A stretch of DNA of 63,208 bases, the filler included, from Folioceros fuciformis (taxonomy: Eukaryota): the NCBI GenBank assembly GCA_049999805.1. It is 33 parts of 33 records of this genome, joined end to end, with 100 filler letters (N's around TTAATTAATTAA, not from the genome) between each part and the next. Parts side by side here need not be neighbours in the genome. Positions count along the whole stretch, not along the records: positions 61,400 to 63,208 come from JBNGIO010004264.1; 32 more parts are not named here. One strand, given 5' to 3'. Under the pieces are notes generated by a model. The model searched no databases, was not told the DNA's origin, and saw nothing but the letters and a program-made list of their open reading frames with translations. This document shows positions 61,300-63,208 of this stretch, in pieces; within the stretch, counting starts at the first letter, position 1; each line of letters begins with the position of its first letter. Made by a program: the position numbers and the translations under genes.

Positions 61300-63208
61300 N
61301 NNNNNNNNNNNNNNNNNNNNNNNNNNNNNNNNNNNNNNNNNNNTTAATTAATTAANNNNNNNNNNNNNNNNNNNNNNNNNNNNNNNNNNNNNNNNNNNNT
61401 TGCTGTACTTTGTTTTTTTCTAGCATAAAATTCAAAGATTTGTGCTCCCCATGGACATTTAACTTACTTTTTCAATTTGATAAGATAAACTTTAACTTTG
61501 TAAATCAAAATGGTGAAAGCTATGAAACCCTTAAGCTTCATGATACACCAATTTCCCATGTGGAAAATTAATGATATATCAAGATATATTCCGAATTTGG
61601 TTCAATAAAATTTATTTTACTCATGAACAAATCATGTCTCAATTTTGGATAATGATAATAACAACGAAGCAAATGATGATCTTGTATAGAAAATATCACA
61701 TGGGACAGGCTAGTGTGCATACAAAACTAGGATAAACTTGTTGTCAAAAGGCATAAAAAAAAATTCTTTGGAAAAATCATTTTAGCTAACCAAACATATT
61801 TGATCTTTAGAGCATCAATATCTTCAGTAAATGAGTCTTTAACGTGCTCATGAATTGGATATATATATATAAAATATATAATATATATATCATAGATAAT
61901 ATATAATAATTACTACACCTTATTACACCCGATATTATTACTTTCATGTTTAAATTTAAGTATATATTTAAAGTAAAAATCTTTAAATTTTAATTTAAAT
62001 ATATAAAACAACAGACACACTTTCTCTCTATATATATACATATAGTGTCTGTTGTTATAGTTGTATAACTAGCCTTTGAACATTATATTTTTGGAACAAT
62101 GATCTTTTATTTATTTTAGAAAAACAATATGAGAAAACCATGTATCCTTTGGGAGGGAACCATGAAGCCTAATGACTAGCAATAGCACCTAAAATATCAT
62201 GGTCTAGGAGGGGATAATATTTAAGTAAGATCTTTTTCAAACATTAAGAAACATATATCATAAACCAATGAAAGACTAAAATGTAAAGATGTAGATTGTT
62301 ATTGTAAGCTGATTAAAAACTAATTTTAACATTCTTACAAAACCATATAATATTTGTTTATGATTTTTNNNNNNNNNNNNNNNNNNNNNNNNNNNNNNNN
62401 NNNNNNNNNNNNNNNNNNNNNNNNNNNNNNNNNNNNNNNNNNNNNNNNNNNNNNNNNNNNNNNNNNNNTCAATAAATAATTTGGGCTATTTTTTACATTT
62501 ACCTACCGTTTGAAATATAATCTATTTTATTTTACTGAAATATATTCAACTCATAGAAGGTCTATGATTTAGTGGAAAACATAATTTTATCTAATTTGAA
62601 ACTATGATTTTAACTGCATCATAAATCTATGATCTATGACTACATCATAGGTTTATGATGTAGTCGAAATTATAATGATTTTAACTACATCATTCTAATT
62701 CTATCTAGTTTCAAACTAAATTGGAACATGGCTTTTAAGAAACTTATCACATAAGAGAACATAGTTTACATATAGATGCTATTGTAAAAATGTTGAAACT
62801 TATTAGAAGAATTAGTGTAATAATAAAATTATTAAAATAAAAAATAAATTTTATATCTAACTATGATTCAAATTTTTATCAATTTTTTTAGGAAAAAAAG
62901 TGTAAAATTCAAAATAACTCCTAATCTAGGCTACATACAATTGTTCATGGCAATGGAATTCAAATTTTATAATGTATTTTATTTATAATAGTGAAGTAGG
63001 TAAAATAAAGTATATTATAATCCACTAAAAATAAGATGACATATTGTAGGACAAAACTATGGAACACACATGCATCATTACCTTGGGTAGATCTTCATCT
63101 TCAATTTGAAAAATATCAAATGACCATGAATCTAAATTTTTGTTGATTTGTATTGTTTGGTCCTCATCAAAATTAGCCATGAGTTATGTGAAGCTTCAAC
63201 TTTGGAAG

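Overview
This window is not contiguous genomic DNA. It is a concatenation of 33 short unrelated scaffolds joined by an artificial 100-nt spacer (44 N + TTAATTAATTAA + 44 N). 28 scaffolds are one contig written twice around a 10-N gap; the other 5 have a single 100-N gap and are not duplicated. Most contigs are land-plant nuclear repeat DNA: degenerate Ty3/Gypsy elements with a tRNA-Asp primer-binding site (PBS), Ty1/Copia elements with a tRNA-Met PBS, an abundant LTR-like family ending ...GGAGGTTCACA, and a pogo/Tigger-type DNA transposon. Mixed in are angiosperm-type plastid fragments (accD; trnK intron with the matK start), three bacterial-looking contigs, and one contig with a fungal RIP signature. 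The most interesting signal is a disrupted C5-cytosine DNA methyltransferase fragment (about 6984-7433) whose layout resembles retrotransposon-carried DNMTs rather than MET1/CMT/DRM. Also notable are a tRNA-Asp-derived compound repeat and a nested-palindrome foldback. Host identity and any linkage between contigs cannot be established from this sequence.
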